A stretch of DNA of 64,000 nucleotides from Octopus sinensis. Taxonomy: Eukaryota. Made by a program: the position numbers and the translations under genes. Positions 54,501-64,000 of this stretch are shown piece by piece (the first letter of the stretch is position 1; the number at the start of each line of letters is the position of its first letter). The stretch covers positions 42,408,001 through 42,472,000 of the forward strand of contig NC_042997.1 of NCBI RefSeq assembly GCF_006345805.1, read 5' to 3'. The notes beneath the pieces are model-generated. The model was given only the letters and a program-made list of their open reading frames with translations, did not search any database and was not told the origin of the DNA.

Positions 54501-57500
54501 TGTCTAAGTTTACAGAGGTACCTACCAGCTCTGCCTTTACTTTACTTTCAGTACTTGGAGAACTTCGAGTTGAAGAGGCTGTAGAGTTTGGTGGATCACT
54601 TACATCAATACCGCTGTCATGCTGGTCTCCTCCTTTGTCATAGCTCATGTCAGTGGAACTGTGCATAGCATTAGTGATGGAGATGTTGATAGGTTTGTTC
54701 CAAGCATTTACAGGTGGAACCGCCACAGTGGTCGCAGCAGGTAGAGAGCTGGTCTGCTGGTTGGCAGCTGGTGTTTGAAATGCAGTAGAACCCAAAGGAA
54801 GAACTGCAGCACTTGCATTTACAGAATCTAATAAAATGAATATATGCAGCCATCATCAATAATAACGAATTTCTTTTTAATATAAAAGGTGGATGAATCA
54901 AATTGCAACTATTCAGTATTTCAGAAAACATAGTTCAAAGATAGATACTATAAACCTTACCTGCTTGTGTGAGAAAAATTTAACAGTTCATGCATGACCA
55001 AGCTAGAGATTACTAATGGAATTGAAATTAACTTTGCTAGTTAATATACAAATCTTTCCTTGCCAGTCTGAATGCATTAGGGATTTTCAGTTTCCTCAAA
55101 AGCAAAAATGATTTTAAATCATTCATAAGTATCACATTTCAACTTGGAGAAGGGAAGAAAAAAAAAGCCTAAAAAGTATTCCAGCTAGTCAGCCCTTTTG
55201 TCACTAAGTAACCATGTAATAATTTTCGGATTTTAACACTAAACTGCCCAAAATAACCAGTTCATATTTAAATGAGAATATCAATGCAAGTAAAGTTATT
55301 TATGTTCATGATAACATATGATTTCAATAGATAAACAATTGCTTTAAAGTGACATTTAATATGGAATTTGTAACCTCTAAATGTTTGGGATATTTTCTGC
55401 AAATTTTTACATTTGGAAAAATGGATACCAGTTTTATATTCCTAGAACTGAATCTGAAGGATTTTTAACAGAAGAGGTAAAAATCAAATGAAAAATTGAA
55501 CAAGTATTGCCATGCATTTCAAGATAGCATTTTGATAGTAATAGCACCAACTCCAAAAAACAGCACCAATAATGAATGTGATTAATTTATACTAGAAACA
55601 AAATAGAAATGGAAACTAAAACATTTCTCTCCAAAATTTTATACAAAAGACTGACATAGACAGCAATAATCATTTATTTTTATCATTTGAAATATTCCAG
55701 ACAATAACTTTGGAGATTAACCATTACACAACTGTGAAAGAAACAAAATCAGGTTATGATCTCATAAATGCCTGAAGAAAACTGAAGCACGTTTTACTAT
55801 AAACACTATCATGGGATACTAAGAAAGAGTCCAGAATTACAAACTACAAGAATACGTGGCAACCAGCATTTCAAAATAATGCCTTCTGAAGTTATAACAA
55901 CACTTTTATATACAAGAGACCAGCAACAGCATTAATACATGGAGAAGACTATAATTTCTTATTTAAAATAAGACCCTCCCTATCACTGCTCAAACAACAT
56001 TTAAAAAACCTTACCAATCAGGAAGATTAATGTCTATTAATGAAGACATGATATGTTATAAAGGCTGGATACATTTTCAAAAATACATACCGAGCAAACC
56101 AAGGAAACGAGAAAGTCTAGAAGATTCACGAAACAAGTACTGCTGCAAGTTTGATTCTTATACAGGAGAAAAGAGTGGTGCAAGCCAGGATAGCCTGAGA
56201 TACAATGAACGGAATTTAACACTCCCCTAACCAAGGCCATATTTTTTTTCCCTACACTAGTTGTTCAGTTTGATCTTAGAAGCAGTGGAAATATACACAT
56301 GTGCTGAAGTGATTGCCAGTAGCAATATGCTGTTGTTGGCTATTAAAAAACAAATTTGGGGGGGGGGGGGTGGATATAGGTAGAGACGTGGCTGTGAAGT
56401 AAGTTTGCTTCCCAACCACATGCTTCTGGATTCAGTCCCAGTGAGTGGCACTGTAGGCAAGTGCCTTCTACTGTAGCCTCAGGCCAATAAAAAGCCTTGA
56501 GTGAATTTGGCAGGCAGATACCAAAAGAAACCCATTTAAAATCTGTGTGAGAGGATCTGTCTCCAACACCACTCAAGAACTAGTGTTGGTATGTTTACGT
56601 CCCTATAACTTAGCAGACTGGCAAAAAAACTCGTAGGGTTGATTAGTTTGACTAAAACTTCTGTATGGTCGTGCCCCAGCATGACCACAGTCCAATGACT
56701 GGAACAAAAGATAATTTGATAACAAAAATCTACTAGCAACCGCATAGAGAAATAAAAGGAAAACAAATCTGCCCACTTATGCTCAATTACATGGATGAAA
56801 ATAGTACATTATTTGTGAACCTCAAAAGATTTGCTTAGCTCATCTACAGAAATATCTATAAATGAATAGGCCTTTCATAATAACAAAAATCTTTAGATAA
56901 ATTTGTATCTTAGAAGGAAATCTCAATTTTTTTTTTCAATATTGATCAAAAATATTGGTAACAGTAACAAGTGTTTAAATCAATTTAAATACATAACATT
57001 CTTAAATCATTTTGACTCATATACAAATATGTATGAACATCCAATTAAGCATTTAATCAGAAGTGATTAAATGTACAAAATTGCATTTACTATTTCCACA
57101 ATTGGAATATTTAAAACATTTAACTGTTAGGCCAAATGTATTTGCTAATTACATAACTAGTTCTCAAGTAAATACAACTACTATAAACCTTTTAAAAATA
57201 TTTATTCAAATTTGTTTCTTCACTCCAATAATAAAAGTCACAATCCCCTAATGAAGATGAAATTTCCAGATTGCAGCTGATTAATCAATCTTGGTTTCCA
57301 ATGAAATTCCTTGGAGTGCAATGAACAACATCAGTTAAAACTGAATCAGTATTCAGACAAATCAAGAATAGCATTCAGACACAAAACAAAGATTTGCAAC
57401 TCAAACCTGAAAAATTTAACTATGTACTTATATAAAAAAAATAATTTTTCCATAAACTAAATAGAGACAACTTGTAGGTACATTTTACAAAACGTTTTGA

Positions 57501-60500
57501 TAGTCTGCTCAGGATAAACATTTGAACAAGTTGAAGAATTACAAAGTTTATTGTAAATGTGCATCAAATGGTAAAATAGCAATAGCCAACAATTGAGGAA
57601 AAAATAGCAAACTGAAATATTCAAACTCTTATAATAAAGCATTATTATGTCTTGAAACACAAATACTTAAATGTAAAAATTTAAATTTCATGTCAATGTA
57701 AAATGTGTACAAAATGTCAAGTTTAAAACTACTGGCACAATGTGACATCATGATAACTTATCAAAGTCCCACCCCAACCCCCAAAGCATTCAAGAAAATG
57801 TCAACGGTGTGAGGTAAAAGTTGTAATAGGGCAGTAGCTTACTTTTGGAACCTGCTTCGTTAGGTGGAGTGACTGTCTTAGATACAGGAGGAGGAATGTT
57901 GTTGGCTAATTTGTTATCCCAGTTCTCAATTTTTGGCATCAGAGTAGAGTACTTCTCTCGTTCACGGTCTCTCTGTTCTCTCTGCTTAGCCAAACGAGGA
58001 GGCAACTTGCTGTAACCAGCTTTACCAACTCCCTTCATTCCCCTTTTTTTAGCAATCACCTGAAAAAGAATTCAAAAATTAATAATAGATGCAAAACAAA
58101 ATAAAATAAATACTGTCAGAAGGTAGAACCTCTTTGCTAAAGAGAAAATTAATCTGAAATCTTAGTTTCACTTAATCCTTCAGCATTTAAAATGGTTCCA
58201 AATATTCTACTTGTTTTTGTAGGGAGCAGCCAAAATTGGCCTCTCACATCTATCCTACAAAGTCTTCTAAACAATTACATCACTGAGATATTGAAGCTAC
58301 AAGATTAATGCCTGATTAATTCAAAATAATGTAAATAAATAACCATTACACTTGACAGAATATTCTGAATGCTAAAAGGTTGAAGGACATGCATTAATGA
58401 ATATAACAGCATTAAAAAGACATTTGAGAAATGGTCTGGGTTACAGTCTGGAAGAATTGGTAATTGTTACAAGAAAAAAACAAATTTTCTTCAAAGAAAA
58501 CCAATACAGTATTTGTAAAAAATATTCCCTTAACCAAGACCTATAAATGTAAGCAATTTGAAAACAAAATCAAATGACAAGTGTGTCTATAACATTGCCA
58601 ACTTACTAGAAATAGCTAAATGTCCCCCACAAATCCCACATTACTATGACGGACCATATGTGGTGCTAAATATACTATGGGATGGTCACTGGTGAAATGC
58701 CATTGACCAGTCTCCTAGATCAGGGCTAATCTCAAAATAAACACTAGAAAAAAAGAGTAAATTCATAAAACAAAACCTTTTACCCATAACCTAATCATCA
58801 TGAACTTAAAACAATAGGATTTAGCTGGGATTTGTAGTAAAGATAACAAATTAGAATAAACTAATTAAATTGTGGTTGCACAGAAAAAGTCAAAGAATGT
58901 CAAAGATGTAGCCAAATATGTATTAACAAGTTTTACTATTTAGAGACAATCAAATTTTCTTACTTTCAATTCCTTCTTTTGCTCACATTGTTTACGCTGT
59001 TCAGCCTCTTGTAATGCTTTTTGCTTGCTCTTCAGAGACTTTTTAGTCTTAACTTCCTGAAAGCCTTCATTGCTTTCATAAAGGAAGTTGGGATCATCAA
59101 TGGTAACTTCAGGTTGATCATCAATAACTACAACACCTAGAAAAAAAAGTAACAAATATCAAAAATTGACACTATAACATACAAAAAGCACCAATATTTT
59201 TTAAAAACTAAGTTCTTTTTTTGAATAATAGGAGTTGAAAACTGAACCAATTTTCAATCAACAAAAAAGATCAAAATATTTTTTTCTGTATGTCATTTGA
59301 GTAGCAGCATACCTCAGCTAATATGCAGTACTAGTAGGTATCACTGAATTTTTTTTTTAAATATTTAAATCTATATTTTTCTGTACTTTTTTTTGGAGAC
59401 CATCCAAAAAGAAACATTTTAATACCTCAATTGTGAAAATAGGAAGAATATTTTAGGGAAAATGACAATTTGAATTGAAATTCTAATGAACCACTTACCC
59501 TCCAATTTATTTTCCCCTGAAAGTTATGCCCACAAGTTACAAAAAGTTTTTACTCAAGCAAGGCTATTTTTTACAGATTCACTCAGACTGCAGCCATGCC
59601 AAGAGGGAGCCTTCAATTATATTCATACTAGTACTGGTAATTTTCGTCAACTTGCCTGAATTACATCCCTTTAGAAAGTTATGGCACACCTTTTCGTCCT
59701 TGCTACCACATTGAAATTCAGTGAACACAAGCATATTTAAAACACAATGACCAAATTTCTACCTAAAAATATGGTGAACTTGAGGGTGCAACATGTGAAA
59801 CTGGAACCTAGATACACATGGCTACAAAACAAAATTTTAACTACTTGTATTTCCGACTTTTATAATAGTAAAAAGGAATTCAAAGAGGTTAAATTATGCA
59901 AACAAAATGTTAAGCCCATAAATACCTCAAATTTCAGGACATATATTTTAAATATTTTCTCTGCAACATGTCTAGTGGTGAAAATAAACCATTAGCAAAG
60001 AAATAAAGGTGGAGAAGAAAACTTGGAAAGATTAGCAAGTTGAGCTACATACCAAGTGGAACTTGTGTGTAAACTATTTTCAACCACACTATTGGATAAG
60101 TTTTTTGCCACTAAGAATTCGATTCATTTCCATATATTCATAGAAGTACAGTACTATCAAAATAATGAAGTGTATTTGAATATGGAATAAACTACGCAAA
60201 GCAGAATGTGCACGAAGTAGTAAACTAGACAATGTCATTAGCTTTATATAGAGACTAGAAGAAAATAGATGTTAATGCATTGAGTGCAGGTCAATTAGGT
60301 GAATTATACACTATTTTATATTCACACATGCTCTTAGCATTTATTTAAGCATATAGATATACACGACTTCCACAGCACATTCTTAGCTAGCGTTTGCAAT
60401 GCTAAGGGAAGTAACTCAAAGAAAAGAAATTGACAGGAAAATAGAAAAAAGAGAATGTATATGGTGGTAGTGGTGGTGGTGATGAGGAGGGTTGTTTATT

Positions 60501-63500
60501 GATGATAGTTATGTGGCTGCAACAACATTGCTCAGCATGTTATTCCCTCAACTAACACTTTTCACAACATGTATTTCTCTCTACTTGTCTACCAGTCACT
60601 ATAGTCTCCATCATCCCCATACGAACAGACAACTGAAGTTCTGTGTTCACTAGTGAAACCTAAGGAAGCTCCAGGACTCATCTCAAAATGCAACACTGAA
60701 CAAGTTCCAACTAAATTCATTTAGTAAAAGGTCACGTGATTTTATGTGTGTGTATACGAGACATTCGTAAAGCATCACAACCAACAATGATGTAATTTAA
60801 AGATTTTATAGTATTCATTTTATACCAAATTTTTGTTGAATCGGATTGAATCAGTTTCAGCTCATGAGCTGTGGTCATGTGGGGGTAGCAAAGCAAATTT
60901 GTAATGATGTACATATCAAAGTGTGCAACATTATTTCAGAGCTTTTCTGAGAAAAAGAACCAAGTTATTATTTCACTCACCTGCATAGTTATTTATGTCA
61001 ATATTAGCGAGAGCATCCTTTTTTTCCTTTTCACTTTTCAGTGGCTTGGATACATCAGATAAATCAGACTTCTTCTGGGATTTGCACCTTATAAATAAAA
61101 TTTTGATTTAAACCTTTTGTCCTTTACTCCAAATTTTTCAGTACTATAGTGAAAGCATAATACTTTGTAATTTTTGTAGATATTTTTCAAACTAAATTAA
61201 TAAATTTGTTCACAACAGGATAGAGCATCCACTAAAAAACTAGATGTTCTGAAGATCTTAAAAAGTGTCACACTAACAGAAGTTTTCTTTGAAAAATGAG
61301 CTGATCTTAATCTACTGACCAAACGGTAGGCAAATTTCTCTCTAACACCACCCTACAGTCTTATGTGGGCATGTGTATTTGAATCACTGAACAAGACACT
61401 AGATGGGAGTTTAATATGTTAAAAACAGAAGCCATGTCACTTTCAAATTCTGACCTTCAGTGTTCTATATGTACCATCAAGCAATTCTATAGATTGGCTT
61501 GACATTTTACAAGTATCAGGCAATTCTCCCTTCAATGTATCAATTTGATATAATTACATTGCAAGGTAACTCTTAATTGTATTACATAAGGAAAAGACCA
61601 CTATTTTACAAGGATGACAATTCTGAAAGAAAATTTTCACTATTTTAAAATATTTTCTCCTAGTGGAAGTAGGGAAAAAAAAAAGGCAGGGAGGCAGAGG
61701 CAGAAGTGCTTATTCCAAAACAATCAAAAACATTCAATTTCAAAAAAATTTTTTTTTTTATAAAACCAAAATGTTAAAATTCAAAGCATCTTAGATTTCT
61801 AGAATAAAGAAACATTTAAAAGAACTCCAATGTTTGTATTTTTGAGGAACATAAATTGTCTATGTTAAGAGCTTTAATAAAAAAAATTTTTTTAAATTTA
61901 AAAAATTAAAAAAAACAGTTCTCGTATAATGCTCACCTCTAATCCTAGAGTTTAAAAATCTAAAAGTGGGGGTGTAACAAACTGAAAAATGATTTTTCTA
62001 TAATAAAGGAACAAGACAGCCATCATGACCTCAGTGCTCGAGTGATACTCTATTTTTCTGACTCCAAAAACTGAAAATTGAACTCAATGGGATTTGAATT
62101 CAGAATGTTAAGGAGTAGAGTAAATTTTTCCTTACACCATCAATCCAATGTCCAATGTTAATGAGATTTTATATTACTAATATTAACAGAAATTGCTTCT
62201 AATTTAAGTACAAGGTCAACAAATTTTAGGGGAAGAGTTAGATGATGCCAATGATCCCAGTACTTCACTGGTACTTTATTGACCTTGAAATTATGAAAGG
62301 CAAAGCTGACCTAGGTAGTCTTTGAACAAAGAACTAGGAATGCTTGCTGATTGGCTGTCGTCGTCGTCATCATTTAACATCTATTTACCATACTGGCATA
62401 GGTTGGACAGTTTGACAGGATCTGGCAAGCTGCAGGGCTGTGCTATGCTTTGGCATAATCTCTAGGGATGCCCTTCCTAATACTACCCACTTTACATCAT
62501 ATGCTGAGTGTTTTTTTGCTTTTCATGACACTAGCACTAGTGAGGTTGCCACGTAACTTGCAAAACAAAAGAACAGGGGAAAAAATGAAGAGGTGGTGTT
62601 TTTATGCCAGGTTTTGATAGCCAATTGTAATTGTCTTCTATAGAGGAAATTTACAGCTATCCCACATTTAGATAAGGGTGGGTGTGAACAACTGGCAAGG
62701 AGATAATCATTGAGGAGTACCAGAGCAAGCTCTCAAGGTACAGTAAAGTGAGCATAAGAGAAAATACAATGGATCAGGGGAAGGGAGGAGAGAAAAGGTA
62801 ATAATGGTTTCAAATTTTGGTACAAGGTCAGCAAATTTTATTTTATTGTATCCAAAAGGACGAAAGGCAAAGTTGACCTCAGAAGTATTTAAACACAAAC
62901 TAAAGAGCTGGAAAAAATGCCAACATTTATCTGACATGCTAACAATTCTGCAAGCTCACTGCTTTAACAATAATAATAATAAAAATACTCAACTACTCAC
63001 TTGCTTGTGAGATTATTAAATGCATTATTGATAGCAGTTGGGTCATTTGGCACTATTGAATCAACTCGGTACACCGCAGCAATGTTCTCTTTCCGGTTTG
63101 CATTGATGGTCTTATTTTTAGTATTTGAGCTCCCACCAGACCTAGTGGGAGCTGAACCGTTTTTTGTCGCATTCGGTGACTTCTCTTTCACAGAATTCTT
63201 TCCACGCTCCATACTTTGAGATTTTCGTGCATCATTTGAATTCCCTCTGCGATTTTGGCGGTCATTCCCAGGTCGTTGGTTAGAAAAGCTCTTCTTTACA
63301 GGAACATTTTCTTTTTTATCCTTATCTTTCGAGTCATTTTTAGCTTCTCTATTTTTATCAAGTACATCACTGCTTTCTGATGCTGTTTCCCACTCCTCAT
63401 TTGCAAAGTCCGAAGAATTCTGTTTAGTCAATGTTGGTTTTTTGGCATTATATGTTGCAGGAGCAACACTACTACCTCTTCCTCGGCCTCTACCTCTCCC

Positions 63501-63591
63501 ACCTCTTTCAAAGTTACCACGACTGCGTTCACTGAAGGCTCCTCTGCGGGCAAATCGTGGTGGAGGAGGAGCGCGTTCATGACGGCGAGAC
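39102..63591 (-). CDS. PRRC2: PRRC2/BAT2-family (nocte-like) protein, 3' portion: 16 coding exons, ~1288 aa in window; N-terminal exons lie beyond the right edge
   Basis: Hand-spliced exons total 3868 nt with consistent phases and GT-AG ends. Motifs recognised from the PRRC2 family: RGG-rich RGGRGRGRGRG, EEWETASESSD, NIDINNYAGVVVIDD, EGFQEVKTKK, KLPPRLAKQR, NAWNKP, HDSGIDVSD, DLSLKIASVKNVWE, NVCKVKPQQ, and a Q/S/P-rich C-terminus. Paralogue letter (A/B/C) cannot be assigned. Confidence 0.88.
39907..40034. mobile_element. hAT-type MITE in the last PRRC2 intron
   Basis: 8-bp TSD ACCTAGAT (39899-39906, 40035-40042); ends CAGGGGTCC / GGAACCACTA. Confidence 0.75.
40090..42501 (+). mobile_element. 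Full-span but dead mariner (Tc1/mariner) element, interrupted by a piggyBac-like insert
   Basis: TA TSDs; TIRs TTGGGTTGGTAACTAAGTTCC / GGAACTTAGTTGCCAACCCAA; MECEVKKNKHFRH, DTPRSGRP, AWVLH, HSNARPH, PHPPYSPDL; frameshifts. Confidence 0.9.
40245..41482. mobile_element. Non-autonomous piggyBac-like element nested in the mariner ORF
   Basis: TTAA TSD (40241-44, 41483-86); imperfect TIRs CCCTTTCGTTACTA / TAGTAACAAAAGTG; internal direct repeats. Confidence 0.8.
42713..42890 (-). CDS. PRRC2: PRRC2 exon (MKSPPHSL...VQPG)
   Basis: ttttttcag|ATG...G|gtactt, phase 0 to 1. Confidence 0.85.
42981..43163 (-). CDS. PRRC2: PRRC2 exon (GALQQVAAAAG...PQNTP)
   Basis: tttttcttgtag|GGT...CCT|gttagt, phase 0 to 0. 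Confidence 0.85.
44179..44296 (-). CDS. PRRC2: PRRC2 exon (RAAMQNVQ...STGLQ)
   Basis: ctttattttag|A...CAG|gtaatt, phase 2 to 0. Confidence 0.87.
44918..45110 (-). CDS. PRRC2: PRRC2 exon (GTLQKNLAP...SPLVQP)
   Basis: tattatttag|GA...AG|gtgagt, phase 1 to 2. Confidence 0.87.
45499..46090 (+). mobile_element. piggyBac 5' remnant (TIR + acidic N-terminus)
   Basis: TTAA|CCCTTTAGTG; SSDESDININEYSSDEEDFENESDEND..WS. Confidence 0.55.
46107..46362 (-). CDS. PRRC2: PRRC2 exon (FSQQSYGYSLSQ...KPPTQDY)
   Basis: tttactttacag|TTC...G|gttagt, phase 0 to 1; absent from the ORF track. Confidence 0.85.
46850..47100 (-). mobile_element. Decayed RTE 3' end
   Basis: ggatgccctt motif and a module at 47045-47069. 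Confidence 0.6.
47514..47630 (-). mobile_element. Isolated end of the piggyBac-like family, inverted relative to 41395-41486
   Basis: Reverse complement of ctgatattctcatttaaatatgaataggtaattacgggcgg...ttggtcacatgaacc. Confidence 0.75.
48165..48434 (-). mobile_element. Helentron-associated/DINE-like element, internally deleted copy
   Basis: Homologous to 17808; ends CTAG|TT. Confidence 0.7.
48900..49070 (-). CDS. PRRC2: PRRC2 exon (VKPQQLQP...TQEPR)
   Basis: ttttaactag|GTT...AGA|gtaagt, 171 nt, phase 0 to 0. Confidence 0.88.
49293..49767 (-). CDS. PRRC2: PRRC2 exon (SIKSNGPQ...polyQ/polyA...SNVCK)
   Basis: ttattttcag|T...AAA|gtgagt, phase 2 to 0. Confidence 0.88.
51532..51773 (-). CDS. PRRC2: PRRC2 exon (GEDASELDFTFDETL...DLSLKIASVKNVWE...FEQ)
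   Basis: cttctag|GGA...AG|gtatat, phase 0 to 2; conserved motif. Confidence 0.88.
51895..52065 (-). CDS. PRRC2: PRRC2 exon (TSRNEKV...ALQLPPSFKESFLRK)
   Basis: ttctctttttag|ACT...AAG|gtctgt, 171 nt, phase 0 to 0. Confidence 0.82.
52214..52300 (-). CDS. PRRC2: PRRC2 exon (PEDKGNKEK...PQRQPR)
   Basis: tttttatttttcag|CCA...CGG|gttagt, 87 nt, phase 0 to 0. Confidence 0.85.
54526..54827 (-). CDS. PRRC2: PRRC2 exon (NSVNASAA...NAWNKP...HDSGIDVSD...KAEL)
   Basis: cattttattag|AT...CTG|gtaggt, phase 1 to 0; donor position slightly uncertain. Confidence 0.82.
55720..56230 (+). pseudogene. piggyBac transposase (PGBD-like) catalytic fragment
   Basis: FKIRPSL..., MSINEDMICYKGWIHFQKYIPSKP resembles the piggyBac SIDESM..KG...QY.P.KP motif. 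Confidence 0.7.
56376..56713 (+). mobile_element. SINE family A, diverged
   Basis: Head and tail motifs. Confidence 0.7.
57843..58059 (-). CDS. PRRC2: PRRC2 exon (VIAKKRG...KLPPRLAKQREQ...EAGSK)
   Basis: ttctttttcag|GTG...A|gtaagc, phase 0 to 1. Confidence 0.88.
58964..59136 (-). CDS. PRRC2: PRRC2 exon (GVVVIDDQPEV...EGFQEVKTKK...KELK)
   Basis: tttttctag|GT...AAA|gtaaga, phase 1 to 0. Confidence 0.9.
60981..61087 (-). CDS. PRRC2: PRRC2 exon (KCKSQKK...LANIDINNYA)
   Basis: ttttatttataag|G...G|gtgagt, 107 nt, phase 2 to 1; joins into the conserved NNYAGVVVIDD. Confidence 0.9.
62020..62960. mobile_element. Decayed SINE D fragments and an RTE 3' remnant (~62360-62540)
   Basis: Degenerate family motifs. 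Confidence 0.55.
63001..63591 (-). CDS. PRRC2: PRRC2 exon (SRRHERAPPPPRFARR...RGG...EEWETASESSD...NNLTS)
   Basis: Acceptor ttatggtag|G, donor AA|gtgagt; open frame; phase 2 to 2. Confidence 0.9.
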
Positions 63592-64000
63592 CTACCATAA
63601 GAAATAAAACTATTTCCAAAAATTATTTTGCCAAATCAAAAATTTTGTTTTATACTTAAATATCAAACTCAAATTTAGTCCAAGTAGTTTAAGGGAAAAT
63701 AAACCCACAATAGGCAAAAATAAAACCATAAAGGTTTGTTAAGTTGCATATATTATATACAGAAACATTCTTCGTAATTTTAAAATTCCTGAGATTAGCA
63801 AGAAAATGTCAATGCATTTTACAACTGGATTATTATCTAAATAGCATCTGTACAAAATATAAGTACTACCATCAAACTAATGTATCTAAAATTAATAATA
63901 TGCCATTACTTTTGAGTCAGTGAGACAATATTAACTGCACTTCAACATGTAGAATTAAAAATTATTTAATGCAAACCTAAGAATTAACTTTCATTTGAGA

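Overview
Eukaryotic, AT-rich, microsatellite- and TE-dense DNA. The repeat families look like those of an octopod cephalopod (Octopus sp.); this is recognition from memory, not a database hit. Two genes appear to converge tail-to-tail. (1) On the minus strand, 39102-63591 holds the last 16 coding exons of a PRRC2/BAT2 (nocte-like) gene. I spliced them by hand: all are GT-AG with consistent phases, giving about 1288 aa plus stop; the 5' part lies beyond the right edge. (2) On the plus strand, tiny exons missed by the ORF track (7105-7195, 8847-8987, 16870-16932, 19075-19110, plus an alternative stop-containing exon at 9064-9165) splice in frame into a tyrosine-motif-rich C-terminal tail of an unidentified protein. 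The rest is decayed mobile DNA: Dong/R4-like LINEs in (TAA)n, CR1 and RTE LINE fragments, four tRNA-derived SINE families, non-autonomous Helitrons and Helentron-like elements, mariner, piggyBac and hAT remnants, and many microsatellites. No intact transposon ORF, true tRNA/rRNA gene or CRISPR array was found. The most unusual observations are: an amplifiable ~61-nt RTE 3'UTR module that can fold as an H-type pseudoknot plus hairpin, with compensatory variants; four unrelated long fold-back palindromes at different stages of decay; and the hidden receptor-like tail with an alternative truncating exon.
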